Assembly (NCBI GenBank): GCA_017450465.1
Contig: JAFSUW010000003.1
Span: 4,481 to 68,480 of the forward strand
From: Clostridia bacterium
GTDB lineage: Bacteria > Bacillota > Clostridia > TANB77 > RGIG9151
Length of the DNA: 64,000 bases
Direction: 5' to 3'
Below are positions 1-12,190 of the stretch, one piece after another. The number at the start of each line of letters is the position of its first letter. Position 1 is the first letter of the stretch. Below the pieces are notes generated by a model that saw only the letters and a program-made list of their open reading frames with translations, did no database searches and was not told the DNA's origin. The translations under genes and the position numbers were made by a program.

Positions 1-1185
1 CTTGCAAATAGTGATATAGAAGGTGCATACGAGATAATAGCAAAGAGTAGTTCACTTCCTGCAGTTTGTGGTAGAGTTTGCCCACAAGAAAATCAATGTG
101 AAGGTAAATGTGTGCGTGGTATAAAAGGTGAACCTGTTGCAATAGGTCGCCTTGAAAGATTTGTTGCAGACTATCATAGAAAGAATCTTACCCTAAAACC
201 TGAAATGCCAAAACTTAATGGACATAAAGTAGCCATTATTGGTTCTGGTCCTAGTGGGCTTGCTTGTAGTGGCGATTTGGTAAAAAAAGGTTATGATGTT
301 ACTATTTTTGAAGCACTTCATGTAGCAGGTGGTGTTTTAAGTTATGGAATACCTGAATTTAGGTTACCAAAAAATATAGTACAAAGTGAAATATATCATT
401 TGAAGGAACTAGGGGTTAAGATAGTTACTAATGCTGTAATTGGTAAGTCTATTACAATTGACGAATTATTTACCGAAGGCTTTGAAGCAGTTTTCATTGG
501 CTCTGGTGCGGGATTACCTAGATTTATGAATATAAAAGGTGAAGCATTAAATGGTGTTTATTCTGCAAATGAATTTTTAACAAGAGTAAATTTAATGAAG
601 GCATATAAAGAAGATTCTAAAACACCAATAAAATGTGGCAAAATTGTTGCAGTAGTTGGTGGTGGTAATGTTGCGATGGATGCAGCCCGTAGTGCATTAC
701 GTCTTGGAGCGGATCAAGTTTATATAGTTTATAGGCGTGGAGAAGCCGAACTTCCTGCAAGAAAAGAAGAAATAGAACATGCAAAAGAAGAAGGGATAAT
801 ATTTAAGACACTTACAAATCCTACTGAAATTTTGGGTGATGATAAGGGTAATGTATGTGGTATTAAATGCATTGAAATGGGACTTGGCGAGCCAGATAGT
901 TCGGGGCGTAGAAGACCAGTTGTTAAAGAAAATTCAGAATTCACAATTGATGTTGATACAGTAATCATGGCTATAGGAACTAGTCCAAACCCTTTAATAC
1001 TTAAAACAACTAATGGACTTAGTGCAAATGACCATGGCTGTATTGTAGCAGATGAGGTGGGCAAAACAACAAAAGAAGGAGTATATGCAGGTGGAGATAC
1101 TGTAACTGGTGCTGCAACTGTTATACTTGCTATGGGTGCTGGTAAAAAAGCAGCCGATGCAATAGATAAATTTTTAAGTAAGTAG
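1..1185 (+). CDS. NADPH-dependent glutamate synthase small-subunit-like FAD/NAD(P) oxidoreductase (GltD/SudA family), 5' truncated by window edge
   Basis: Frame is open from base 1. Cys cluster CGRVCPQENQCEGKC (4Fe-4S) then two GxGxxG dinucleotide folds (IIGSGPSGLA, VVGGGNVAMD). Stop at 1185. Confidence 0.65.
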   Translation, partial: LANSDIEGAYEIIAKSSSLPAVCGRVCPQENQCEGKCVRGIKGEPVAIGRLERFVADYHRKNLTLKPEMPKLNGHKVAIIGSGPSGLACSGDLVKKGYDVTIFEALHVAGGVLSYGIPEFRLPKNIVQSEIYHLKELGVKIVTNAVIGKSITIDELFTEGFEAVFIGSGAGLPRFMNIKGEALNGVYSANEFLTRVNLMKAYKEDSKTPIKCGKIVAVVGGGNVAMDAARSALRLGADQVYIVYRRGEAELPARKEEIEHAKEEGIIFKTLTNPTEILGDDKGNVCGIKCIEMGLGEPDSSGRRRPVVKENSEFTIDVDTVIMAIGTSPNPLILKTTNGLSANDHGCIVADEVGKTTKEGVYAGGDTVTGAATVILAMGAGKKAADAIDKFLSK

Positions 1186-1193
1186 GGATAAAA

Positions 1194-2030
1194 ATGGATG
1201 GCTTTTTGAATGTATATAAAGAAAAAGGTGCTACGTCACATGATATCGTGAATAAAATCCGAAAAATCTTTAATACTAAAAAAGTAGGACATACTGGTAC
1301 ATTAGACCCAAATGCAACAGGAGTGTTGGTAGTTGCAGTTGGGAAAGCAACTAAACTAATTGAATATTTAGAAAATGCTATAAAAACATATGAAGCAGAA
1401 CTTACACTTGGTATAACAACAGATACAGAAGATATATGGGGTAATGTTTTAACAAATAATAAAGTAGATGTAACAGATGAACAAATTGTTACGGCTATTA
1501 AATCATTTATAGGAAATATTAAACAAGTACCACCTATGTATTCGGCATTAAAGATTAATGGTAAAAAATTATATGAACTTGCACGTGAAGGCAAAGTTAT
1601 TGACAGACAACCACGTGATATAACGATTTACGATATTTATGATATAAAAATAAACGATGAAAAAGTAAGTTTTATTGTAAAATGCTCAAAGGGTACATAT
1701 ATAAGAACACTTTGCAAAGATATTGGCGAAAAGCTTTTGGTAGGTGCCACTATGAGTGAGTTAAAGCGTATTGAAGCGGGTAGTTTTACAATAGATAGTG
1801 CAAAAAAAGTAGACGATATAACCGAAAGTGATTTGATACCAATTAATGAAATGATTAAATTTATGCCAAAGATAGAGTTAAATGAAAATGAAGAGAGTAA
1901 ATATATAAATGGTATTAAGATTGAAAAAGATTTTACTGATGGCGAGTATGCAGTGTTTATAAAAGATGAGTTTTATGGTATTGGTGTAATAAAAGATAAA
2001 CTATTAAAAGGACATAAGAAAATACTGTAG
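1194..2030 (+). CDS. truB: tRNA pseudouridine(55) synthase TruB
   Basis: Translation has GHTGTLDPNATGVLVVAVGKATK (TruB catalytic Asp motif) and a PUA-like C-terminus. ATG is 8 nt after the previous stop. Confidence 0.85.
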   Translation: MDGFLNVYKEKGATSHDIVNKIRKIFNTKKVGHTGTLDPNATGVLVVAVGKATKLIEYLENAIKTYEAELTLGITTDTEDIWGNVLTNNKVDVTDEQIVTAIKSFIGNIKQVPPMYSALKINGKKLYELAREGKVIDRQPRDITIYDIYDIKINDEKVSFIVKCSKGTYIRTLCKDIGEKLLVGATMSELKRIEAGSFTIDSAKKVDDITESDLIPINEMIKFMPKIELNENEESKYINGIKIEKDFTDGEYAVFIKDEFYGIGVIKDKLLKGHKKIL

Positions 2031-2050
2031 GGGCGACCTGTGGTCGCCCG
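2027..2050. other. GC-rich hairpin GTAGGGGCGACC-tg-TGGTCGCCCG between truB and the SDR gene; no U-tract on plus strand
   Basis: Perfect 8-bp GC stem read directly from sequence. Near-identical hairpin recurs at 17808-17831. Confidence 0.5.
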
Positions 2051-2075
2051 CAAACAAACACATAAGGAGGAATAT

Positions 2076-2828
2076 ATGAAAGCTTTAGTTACTGGTGCAA
2101 GTTCGGGAATTGGACGAGATATGGCAAGAGTGTTAAGTAGTAAAGGATACGATTTAATACTTGTTGCGCGTAGAGTGGAACGGTTAGAGGAGCTAAAAAA
2201 AGAATTAAAAACAAATGTAGAAGTAATAGGAGCAGATTTATCCAAGGCAGATGAATGTATAGGATTATACGAAAAAGTAAAAAATAAGAATATAGATATT
2301 TTAATTAATAATGCTGGATTTGGAGTATTTGGCGAGTTTACTGAATCAGATTTAACTAAAGAACTTGCTATGATAGATGTTAATGTAAAAGCGGTTCATA
2401 TACTTACAAAATTGTTCTTAAAAGATTTTAAGAAAAGGGATAGTGGTTATATATTAAATGTAGCATCTAGTGCAGCATTTGCAGCAGGTCCATTACTTTC
2501 CTCATATTATGGAACTAAAAACTATGTACTTCGTCTTACAGAAGCGATATATGAGGAACTACGACATGATAAAAGTAAAGTGTATGTAGGTGTGTTATGC
2601 CCAGGACCAGTTGATACTGAATTTAATGATGTAGCGGATGTTAAATTTTCGGCAAAACCACTTACAAGTGAGTATGTTGCAAATTATGCAATAAAGATGA
2701 TGTTTAAGCGTAAATTGATTATATCTCCGGGTTTAGTTATGAAACTTGCAAGATTTGGTTGTAAAATTGCTCCTGAAAAATTGATGCTTAAAGTTTGTTA
2801 TGGAATTCAAAGAGCAAAAGAAGAATAA
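2076..2828 (+). CDS. short-chain dehydrogenase/reductase (SDR) family oxidoreductase
   Basis: MKALVTGASSGIGRDMA (TGxxxGIG NAD(P) motif), NNAG, YxxxK (YYGTKNY). AAGGAGG RBS sits 7 nt upstream of ATG 2076. The track start at 2040 lies inside the hairpin. Confidence 0.75.
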   Translation: MKALVTGASSGIGRDMARVLSSKGYDLILVARRVERLEELKKELKTNVEVIGADLSKADECIGLYEKVKNKNIDILINNAGFGVFGEFTESDLTKELAMIDVNVKAVHILTKLFLKDFKKRDSGYILNVASSAAFAAGPLLSSYYGTKNYVLRLTEAIYEELRHDKSKVYVGVLCPGPVDTEFNDVADVKFSAKPLTSEYVANYAIKMMFKRKLIISPGLVMKLARFGCKIAPEKLMLKVCYGIQRAKEE

Positions 2829-2846
2829 TGTAAAGGAGAGTGCAAT

Positions 2847-3821
2847 ATGAAAGTTTTAGTATTAGGTGGTGCTGGCTACATTGGTTCACATACAGTTTAT
2901 GAACTAATCGACAAAGGTTATGACGTAGTAATTGTAGACAATTTGTCTACCGGTCATATCGAGGCAGTTCATAAAGATGCGAAGTTTTATAAAGGCGACA
3001 TTCGCGATAAAGAATTTTTGAACAATGTCCTTAAAACAGAAAAGATTGATGCTGTTATACATTTTGCAGCCAATTCGTTAGTTGCAGAAAGTATGACAAA
3101 TCCATTAAAATACTATGATAATAACTTATGTGGCACGAAAGTATTACTTGATGCTATGGTAGAAAATAATATAGATAAAATAGTATTTTCTTCGACTGCT
3201 GCAGTATATGGAAATCCAAAGAATATTCCAATACTTGAAGACGATGAAACTAAACCGCTTAATACATATGGCGAAACAAAACTTTCCATGGAAAAAATGT
3301 TTAAGTGGGTGTCAAATGCATATAATATGCGATATGTGTCACTTAGATATTTTAATGCGTGTGGTGCACATATTAGTGGAAAGATAGGAGAAGCACATAA
3401 CCCGGAAAGTCATTTGATTCCTACGGTTTTAAAATCACTTATAAGTGATAACACTATAAAAATTTTTGGTGATGATTATAATACAAAGGATGGAACATGC
3501 GTTAGGGATTATATCCATGTAACTGATTTAGCAAATGCGCATATTTTGGCATTGGAATATTTAGCAAAAGGTAATGAAAGTAACATATTTAATTTAGGAA
3601 ATGGCGTAGGTTTTTCAGTAAAGGAAATTATAGATGCATCTGAAAAAGTGGCAGGTAAAGAAGTGCCTGTAGAGGTTACCAAACGTAGAGTAGGGGACCC
3701 CGATACATTAATTGCATCATCAGCCAAGGCCAAGGAATTACTAGGTTGGAAACCAGAATTTACGGATGTTTCAAAGATAATTGAAACTGCATATAAGTGG
3801 CATAAAAATAATAGATTTTAA
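2847..3821 (+). CDS. galE: UDP-glucose 4-epimerase
   Basis: MKVLVLGGAGYIGSHT Rossmann N-terminus, catalytic YGETK, about 324 aa, GalE-like throughout. Adjacent to galT. Confidence 0.85.
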   Translation: MKVLVLGGAGYIGSHTVYELIDKGYDVVIVDNLSTGHIEAVHKDAKFYKGDIRDKEFLNNVLKTEKIDAVIHFAANSLVAESMTNPLKYYDNNLCGTKVLLDAMVENNIDKIVFSSTAAVYGNPKNIPILEDDETKPLNTYGETKLSMEKMFKWVSNAYNMRYVSLRYFNACGAHISGKIGEAHNPESHLIPTVLKSLISDNTIKIFGDDYNTKDGTCVRDYIHVTDLANAHILALEYLAKGNESNIFNLGNGVGFSVKEIIDASEKVAGKEVPVEVTKRRVGDPDTLIASSAKAKELLGWKPEFTDVSKIIETAYKWHKNNRF

Positions 3822-3837
3822 GAAAGGACAATAAATT

Positions 3838-5325
3838 ATGAATAAGACAATAAAACAGTTAATTAATTATGCATTAAAAACAAATCTTATAGAACCAGAC
3901 GACGTAATATATACAATAAATTCAATTCTAGGTATACTAAACCTAAATGAATATGAAGACCCAGGGAATGTCGAAGAAATACCTTTAGAAAGCATATTAA
4001 AAAGTTTTAATGATTATGCTGCAAAAAATGGCTTGATACCTGAAGACACTGTAACATATCGTGATTTGTTTGATACAAAGATTATGGGCACACTAGTAAA
4101 AAAGCCAAGTGAAATTATTCATAAATTTAATGAACTTTATAAAATATCTCCCAAAGAGGCAATAGATTATTTTTATGAACTAAATAGAAATAGTGATTAT
4201 ATAAGAACTTATCGTATTGCTAAAGATATGAAGTGGGTAGTTAATACTGAATATGGCGACCTTGATATAACAATTAATTTATCTAAACCAGAAAAAAATT
4301 CTAAAGATATAGCAGCTGCTAAAAATGCAGCACAAAGTGGTTATCCAAAATGTTTACTTTGCGTAGAAAATGAGGGGTATTACGGTAGAACAAATCATCC
4401 TGCTCGTGAAACTATTAGGTTACTTCCCGTTAAATTAAATGGTGAAGAGTGGAGTATGCAATATTCTCCATATGTGTATTATAATGAGCATTGTATAGTG
4501 CTTAACAATAAGCATATTCCAATGAAAGTTGACGGAGATACATTAGTTAAGTTATTTGATTTTATTAAATTTTTACCACATTACTTTATTGGTTCTAATG
4601 CAGGATTACCTATTGTTGGTGGATCAATTCTAACACATGAACATTTCCAAGGGGGCAATTACACGTTTGCTATGACCAAAGCTCCTTTAGAGTATAGTTT
4701 TAAGGTTAATGGTTTTGATGATGTAGAAACAGGAGTATTAAAATGGCCTATGTCTGTAATTCAAATTAAAGGCATAGATGTAAATAGGGTAATCGAACTT
4801 GGTAAATATGTAATGAAAGTTTGGGAAAATTATACCGATGAAAGTGTTAATATTTTCGCAAAAACTAATGGCGAAAAGCATAATGCTATTACTCCTATAG
4901 CAAGAAAAGAAGGAGAAAAATATGTATTAGATATAGTACTTAGAAATAATTTAGTAACCGAAGAATATCCTGATGGTGTATTTCATCCGCATAAAGAACT
5001 TCAGCATATAAAAAAAGAAAACATTGGTCTTATCGAAGTAATGGGACTTGCGATACTACCACCACGTCTAAAAGAAGAAATGGAGATTTTGAAAGAGTAT
5101 ATGTTAGCTGGTAAGGATTTATACTCAAATGAAAAAATTGAAAAACATGCAAAATGGGGAAATGAAATTGTAAAAAAATATAGTGAAATTAATGCAAATA
5201 ATATAGATGAAATACTAAAAAAAGAGATAGGTTATGTATTCTTAGATGTATTAAAAGATGCCGGTGTATTTAAAACTGATGAGGCAGGGAAGAATGCATT
5301 TAAGCGTTTTGTAGAACAATTATAA
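3838..5325 (+). CDS. galT: galactose-1-phosphate uridylyltransferase (type 2, Firmicutes form)
   Basis: 495-aa protein, the length of Gram-positive family-2 GalT. Directly downstream of galE with a 16-nt gap. Confidence 0.75.
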   Translation: MNKTIKQLINYALKTNLIEPDDVIYTINSILGILNLNEYEDPGNVEEIPLESILKSFNDYAAKNGLIPEDTVTYRDLFDTKIMGTLVKKPSEIIHKFNELYKISPKEAIDYFYELNRNSDYIRTYRIAKDMKWVVNTEYGDLDITINLSKPEKNSKDIAAAKNAAQSGYPKCLLCVENEGYYGRTNHPARETIRLLPVKLNGEEWSMQYSPYVYYNEHCIVLNNKHIPMKVDGDTLVKLFDFIKFLPHYFIGSNAGLPIVGGSILTHEHFQGGNYTFAMTKAPLEYSFKVNGFDDVETGVLKWPMSVIQIKGIDVNRVIELGKYVMKVWENYTDESVNIFAKTNGEKHNAITPIARKEGEKYVLDIVLRNNLVTEEYPDGVFHPHKELQHIKKENIGLIEVMGLAILPPRLKEEMEILKEYMLAGKDLYSNEKIEKHAKWGNEIVKKYSEINANNIDEILKKEIGYVFLDVLKDAGVFKTDEAGKNAFKRFVEQL

Positions 5326-5344
5326 TTTTTTTGTTGTCAGAAGG

Positions 5345-5433
5345 GACGGGGGCAATTGACCACAATTATGTAGAGTGGTCAATTGCCCCCGTCCCTTCTG
5401 ACAAGCCCGTCCCTGTTGACCACTTTTATAAAT
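5345..5433. repeat. GC-rich palindromic intergenic repeat element, copy 1 (28-bp perfect inverted arms plus partial third arm)
   Basis: TGTCAGAAGGGACGGGGGCAATTGACCAC / GTGGTCAATTGCCCCCGTCCCTTCTGACA separated by a 12-nt loop, then AGCCCGTCCCTGTTGACCAC. Second copy at 51674-51767. Confidence 0.7.
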
Positions 5434-6325
5434 AAAAATCATGATTTCCGATTGTTTTATAAAACGTTCTATTTTCTATTATCCATTTGCTTTTTGCTAT
5501 TTTTGGGTTTAAGAAGTATAAACATTCTCCCACAATATTTTTACCAGTAAGTGCTGCTATTGCGGCTTTTTTACTTTCATCGCTCGGTGCGTTATATATT
5601 GTACCGTTTTCGGTTGGTTCAAATTGCACCCCATAGTTTGTGTCAAATATTACTCCCCAGATTGTGTTTGGGTAGTTTTCTGATTTTACTCGATTTAATA
5701 TTACATTTCCTACTGCAACTTTTCCTTCATAACTTTCGCCTTTGGCTTCGGCTTCAATTATTCGTGCAAGCCATAAAACTTCATCATCTGTATAATTTTT
5801 TGGTTTGGAAATAGTAGTAGAAGTAGTTGTTGGCTTACTATTGCTTTTTCGAGTAGGGGTAGAAGTGGTTTTATATGATGTGGAGGAGCTTTTTAAGGAA
5901 GCTTTTTTAGTGGTTATTGTTATGGTGTAAGTATCGCTATTAAATTGCGTTTCACTACCAAATAAATCGGATATAGTTCTTAGTGGAACAAATGTTCGCA
6001 AATTAAATATAAGTGGAGTTTTATTAAGCGAAGTATATACATTATTTACATATGCATAGTTCTTATTAATGAACAAAAGAATTCTTGTTGCATCTTTTTC
6101 AATTATTATAGATTTACTGTTTTCGTTCCAAGTTATTTTATCTACTTTTAAGGCATTACTAATAAAACGTAAGGGAACATAGGTAGTGCCGTTTAGTATA
6201 AATGGTTCTACGTCTCCTGAAACGACTTTGCCATCTACGACTATTTTTAAGTTGTTTGCAAACGTAGTAGAGATATTTAATAAAAAAATAAGTATAAAAA
6301 TAAATAAGAGTTTTTTCTTTTTCAT
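5426..6325 (-). CDS. secreted cell-wall hydrolase: copper-amine-oxidase-N-like stalk domain plus SleB-type (Hydrolase_2) C-terminal domain
   Basis: Signal peptide MKKKKLLFIFILIFLL. Ser/Thr-rich linker. C-terminal LWLARIIEAEAKGESYEGKVAVGNVILNRV resembles the SleB/CwlJ family core. GGAG RBS present. Confidence 0.6.
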   Translation of the reverse strand: MKKKKLLFIFILIFLLNISTTFANNLKIVVDGKVVSGDVEPFILNGTTYVPLRFISNALKVDKITWNENSKSIIIEKDATRILLFINKNYAYVNNVYTSLNKTPLIFNLRTFVPLRTISDLFGSETQFNSDTYTITITTKKASLKSSSTSYKTTSTPTRKSNSKPTTTSTTISKPKNYTDDEVLWLARIIEAEAKGESYEGKVAVGNVILNRVKSENYPNTIWGVIFDTNYGVQFEPTENGTIYNAPSDESKKAAIAALTGKNIVGECLYFLNPKIAKSKWIIENRTFYKTIGNHDFYL

Positions 6326-6423
6326 GTTATCAACTCCTTATATGTTCAACTTAAGGGTAACAAAAAAGGAAAATCTACTCAATGCAAAATTTATGGTAGC
6401 AGTGGAAAAAAAGGACAAAAAAA

Positions 6424-6450
6424 TCCCCAGGGGTTGCCTGGGGTATGGTT
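6424..6450 (-). terminator. intrinsic terminator of the 6457-7227 cassette (CCCCAGGGGTTGCCTGGGG plus U-tract on minus strand)
   Basis: Hairpin is followed by a T-run when read on the minus strand. Confidence 0.6.
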
Positions 6451-6456
6451 GCTTGT

Positions 6457-7227
6457 TTAATGTTTTGTTTTAATGAGCCAGAAGGGAATCTCGAGGGTTC
6501 TGAGTTCTTGCGGAGTGAAGTTTTGAATCGGGATAACCTCTTGGTAATGGCGGTCATCGACGCGGTCTTCGTAGTAGACATGGACCGATTTGTACGACGC
6601 GAGATAAACGAATTCAAACTTTTTCGTATGGTCCTCGGTCTCGAACTTGAATGCGAGGTCTTTGTAGAGAGACATGAGAATCGAATCGACTACACGCCAT
6701 TTGTGGAGTTCCTGATTCATGATTCTTTCCATCTCATTGGTGTCTTCTTCGGTTGCGTTGTAGAAGAACTTTTTTTCGTTCTCTCTTTTGACACCGCAGA
6801 GGAAAAGGTTTACGTCGCCGGTTCTTCCGAGGTAACGGATGAAGCTTTCCGGAACGTTCCTTTTTTTGAAGATGGGGAGCATCTTGGCAGGATGGAAGCG
6901 GTAGGTGTCGTACAGCTCCTCAATAATTTCTATAATCTTGAAAAGCTTGAAGTTGTGCTTCCAGATGATAGGATGATCTTCATACTTTAATCCCACTTCG
7001 ATGTGTCCATCATCTTCAAAGGAGATTGCGATGAGTTCATATAAAACTGTCTTGGGTTTCCTTTTTTTGTTTACGATGTGCTTTCGAGTTTCTTCTTCGA
7101 TAGGGGCGAATGCCCAGCCGATTTCTACCTCCTTGCCTTCGAGCTTTTTTGATGCGATGAGCTTTGCGAGCAAGATGTTTTTGATGATCTTGCTTTGAGT
7201 GTTCAGGTAGTACGCAACAGGCTGCAT
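6457..7227 (-). CDS. hypothetical 256-aa protein, atypical GC (about 45-50%, C-ending codons ATC/CTC/TTC/GAC), monocistronic cassette
   Basis: Long ORF with strong GAGGAGG RBS, own promoter and terminator. No family recognised from the translation. Confidence 0.55.
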   Translation of the reverse strand: MQPVAYYLNTQSKIIKNILLAKLIASKKLEGKEVEIGWAFAPIEEETRKHIVNKKRKPKTVLYELIAISFEDDGHIEVGLKYEDHPIIWKHNFKLFKIIEIIEELYDTYRFHPAKMLPIFKKRNVPESFIRYLGRTGDVNLFLCGVKRENEKKFFYNATEEDTNEMERIMNQELHKWRVVDSILMSLYKDLAFKFETEDHTKKFEFVYLASYKSVHVYYEDRVDDRHYQEVIPIQNFTPQELRTLEIPFWLIKTKH

Positions 7228-7297
7228 AAGTCCTCCTCGTTGTTCAACGTCCTACGCCAATGTGTTTTGGCGCATAAACATTTTTATTTTACACTTT

Positions 7298-7326
7298 ATA
7301 ATATCACATTTATAATTTTATGTCAA
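7298..7326 (-). promoter_or_regulatory. near-consensus sigma-A promoter: TTGACA, 17-nt spacer, TGaTATTAT
   Basis: Read on the minus strand. Shares the 15-mer TTTAGTTGACATAAA with the promoter at 28544-28572. Confidence 0.5.
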
Positions 7327-7600
7327 CTAAATAAAGGAATAAAAAAACTATAAACACTATATATAGTATTTATAGTTTTAAAAGTTTAATAATTCCAAAA
7401 CGACATCAGCTAATTTATCGTTTTGTGAGGCAAGTAAATCTTTAAAATTTTCTTGCACCTTATTTTTTAAGTTTTTTAATATACTACGCGTTTCCATGTA
7501 GTCAAGATTAAGGTAAAACATAATTTTCATTCCTTTCCATAGTCTACATAATTATTATCGGCAAAAATTATGGTAAACTTAATAGTTTTTGCATAAGAAT

Positions 7601-9632
<2,032 letters not shown>

Positions 9633-9641
9633 GGAGAATTT

Positions 9642-10751
9642 ATGAAAAAAATACTTATTTTAACCTCATACGTTACAGGCCATGGCCATAAAAGTATAAC
9701 AAATGCTCTTGAAAAGGCACTAGATACGCATTCTGATATCGAATATAAATCAGTAGAAGCATTTGAATTTGCGGGAAAAACTGGCGTAAGAATTGGTAAA
9801 TTATATGCGCCAATTATTAGAACTTCCGAAGATATGTGGAAGCTTATCTATAAAGTGTCTGCAAAAGGGCCAAATGCTGTAAGACGTACAGTAAGACAGC
9901 TTATGCGCCACAAATTTTATAAACTCATCGATGAGTATAAACCAGATTTAGTAGTGTCCGATCATCCGGCTTTTGTTAGTGCTGTTATTGATTTACTTCG
10001 CATGAAGAAATTAAAAATACCATTTGCGGTAGTAGTTGCAGATTTAATATCTCTTTCACCATTATGGATTGATACAAGAACCGATTTACTTATTGTGCCA
10101 ACTAAAGAAGCAAGTATTTATGCACAAAAACTTGGTATGCTAGAAAAACGTATAAGGGTTATTAATTTACCTGTTAGAAAAGAAATAGTTGATGTAGCAA
10201 AAGGAATTACAAATATTGATGAAGAGTATATAAAAAATAAGAAAGATATCAAATTCCTTGTTATGAGTGGTGGAGAAGGTTCTGGCGATATGGCTGATAT
10301 AGTGAATAAACTGCTTAAAGTAGAAAATGCCAAAATTTCTGTTATAGCCGGTAGAAATAAGAAAATGAAAGAAGGGCTTGAAGAAGAATTTAAGGATAAC
10401 CTAGACAGAATAACGGTTTATGGTTTTGTCGAGGATATGGGTTCTTTATTAAAAGCACAAGATATAGCAATAGTTCGTGGTAGTCCAAATGTACTTATGG
10501 AATGTGTAAGTTGTACTTTGCCAGTTGTTATTACTGGTACATTACCAGGACAAGAAGAGGGCAATATTGACTTTATATTAGGAAATAATTTAGGTGTTTT
10601 ATGGCATAAGAAAAATAGTTTTTCTATGATTATTAAAGATTTATTAAAAGATGACCGAAAAAAACTTATAGAGTTAAAGAAAAATGAGTTTAATTTTAGG
10701 GATTTATCTGCAGCAGAAAAAATAGCAGATGAACTTTCTAATATGTTATAA
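9642..10751 (+). CDS. MGDG-synthase/UgtP-like diacylglycerol glycosyltransferase (GT28 family)
   Basis: N-terminus ILILTSYVTGHGHKSI resembles UgtP/MGDG synthase. C-terminal GT-B half present. About 369 aa. Confidence 0.55.
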   Translation: MKKILILTSYVTGHGHKSITNALEKALDTHSDIEYKSVEAFEFAGKTGVRIGKLYAPIIRTSEDMWKLIYKVSAKGPNAVRRTVRQLMRHKFYKLIDEYKPDLVVSDHPAFVSAVIDLLRMKKLKIPFAVVVADLISLSPLWIDTRTDLLIVPTKEASIYAQKLGMLEKRIRVINLPVRKEIVDVAKGITNIDEEYIKNKKDIKFLVMSGGEGSGDMADIVNKLLKVENAKISVIAGRNKKMKEGLEEEFKDNLDRITVYGFVEDMGSLLKAQDIAIVRGSPNVLMECVSCTLPVVITGTLPGQEEGNIDFILGNNLGVLWHKKNSFSMIIKDLLKDDRKKLIELKKNEFNFRDLSAAEKIADELSNML

Positions 10752-10812
10752 TATTGCACGTTTACATAAAATATGGTAAAATATATAAAAATGTAAAGGA
10801 GGGGGAGATACT

Positions 10813-11607
10813 TTGGATTACTACAAGACTTTAGGTGTTGAAACCACTGCTACCGATAAAGAAATTAAAGATGCATATAGAAAATTAGCCAAAAAGTATC
10901 ACCCTGATACATACGAAGGCGATAAGAAATTTGCAGAAAACAAAATGAAAGAAATTAACGAAGCATACGATTTTCTTTCAAAACCAGAGAATAGAGAAAA
11001 GATAGTGGAAGAAGAGGAAACAGTTGTATATGCAGAAGAGTGGCAACCTCGTAATCCTAACGAAAGTAATTATGAAGAAGGAACTGTTTACGATTTTGAC
11101 AAACATTTTAAGGGAAAAACCTCTGCAAATCCATTTTATAACTATGATCATTATGTAGATGAAAATGACTACACAAATATGTACTATGTCGATTTTAATC
11201 AAATAAAAAACAATGTGGTTCATTCGTTAAAACGATTTATCGTAAAATCATTTATAACCTTTGTAATTTTATTAATTGTAATTATTATAGCGTTTAATAT
11301 GATTCTTGGCGGATTAAATAATTTATTTTCAAAACTTAATAATGTAAAGCCAACAGGTATTGGTTCTATTCCAGTAAGTAGTAAAGAGCCAGAAATACCA
11401 CCTGAATACCAAGAATATCAAAAGCAACTTAACGAAATTCAAAAATTTGATTTTGATGAAGAATATAAAAAAATACAAAATCAATATTCTAATTTTAATC
11501 TTGAAGATGCATTAAAAAGTTTTTCTGACGAACATAAAGACGATATAGAAAGCATTAAAGGTATATTTAATACAAAATTAAACGGTGAAACAGGAGAAGA
11601 TTTTTAA
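10813..11607 (+). CDS. J-domain (DnaJ-like) membrane protein
   Basis: DYYKTLGV...[12 protein letters not shown] contains the HPD motif. One TM segment ([15 protein letters not shown]). TTG start after an AAGGAGGGGGAG RBS. Confidence 0.6.
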   Translation: MDYYKTLGVETTATDKEIKDAYRKLAKKYHPDTYEGDKKFAENKMKEINEAYDFLSKPENREKIVEEEETVVYAEEWQPRNPNESNYEEGTVYDFDKHFKGKTSANPFYNYDHYVDENDYTNMYYVDFNQIKNNVVHSLKRFIVKSFITFVILLIVIIIAFNMILGGLNNLFSKLNNVKPTGIGSIPVSSKEPEIPPEYQEYQKQLNEIQKFDFDEEYKKIQNQYSNFNLEDALKSFSDEHKDDIESIKGIFNTKLNGETGEDF

Positions 11608-11707
11608 ATTAATATAATATTAAACTGTTTGTAATACTACTGTAACATTAATGTATTATATTATAATCGTAAAATAAGTTTACTGTGTGTGAAAGGGTTT
11701 GATAACT

Positions 11708-12178
11708 TTGAAAAAGTTTTATTTATGTATATTGATGTTATTAGTTTTATTAATAACTCCGGCATATGCAATGCCAGAATTACTACCTGAAGATATAGGA
11801 AGTAATTCGGAGTTGATGGTAATATTAAATCCAGAAGATGAGGATATTATTTCTTATTCAGAAACATATTTAATATCATGTTTTGCTGAACCAGAAACAG
11901 AAGTAACATTATATAGACGTTTAATTGAAGATTTCTTCGTTCCAATGACAATTGATAACGAAGCAATAACAGGAGTTGTTGGAGAATCTGGAGTATTTGC
12001 AATCGATGTAACATTTGAACCAAATTCGACAAATGAAATTATGTTTTATGCAGAAAAAGATGGATCGTACCAAACAGTATTTAGAACAATTATAATTGCT
12101 GAAGAAGAAGAGAAACCAGTTGTAAAAAAACATAGAGCATTAAAAATTCGTGATTTTTTAGATTCAATATTTAATTAA
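11708..12178 (+). CDS. small secreted acidic protein, unknown function
   Basis: Signal peptide MKKFYLCILMLLVLLITPAYA. I prefer the TTG at 11708 (RBS spacing) to the track's 11699. Confidence 0.4.
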   Translation: MKKFYLCILMLLVLLITPAYAMPELLPEDIGSNSELMVILNPEDEDIISYSETYLISCFAEPETEVTLYRRLIEDFFVPMTIDNEAITGVVGESGVFAIDVTFEPNSTNEIMFYAEKDGSYQTVFRTIIIAEEEEKPVVKKHRALKIRDFLDSIFN

Positions 12179-12190
12179 AAGGGTATTCAA

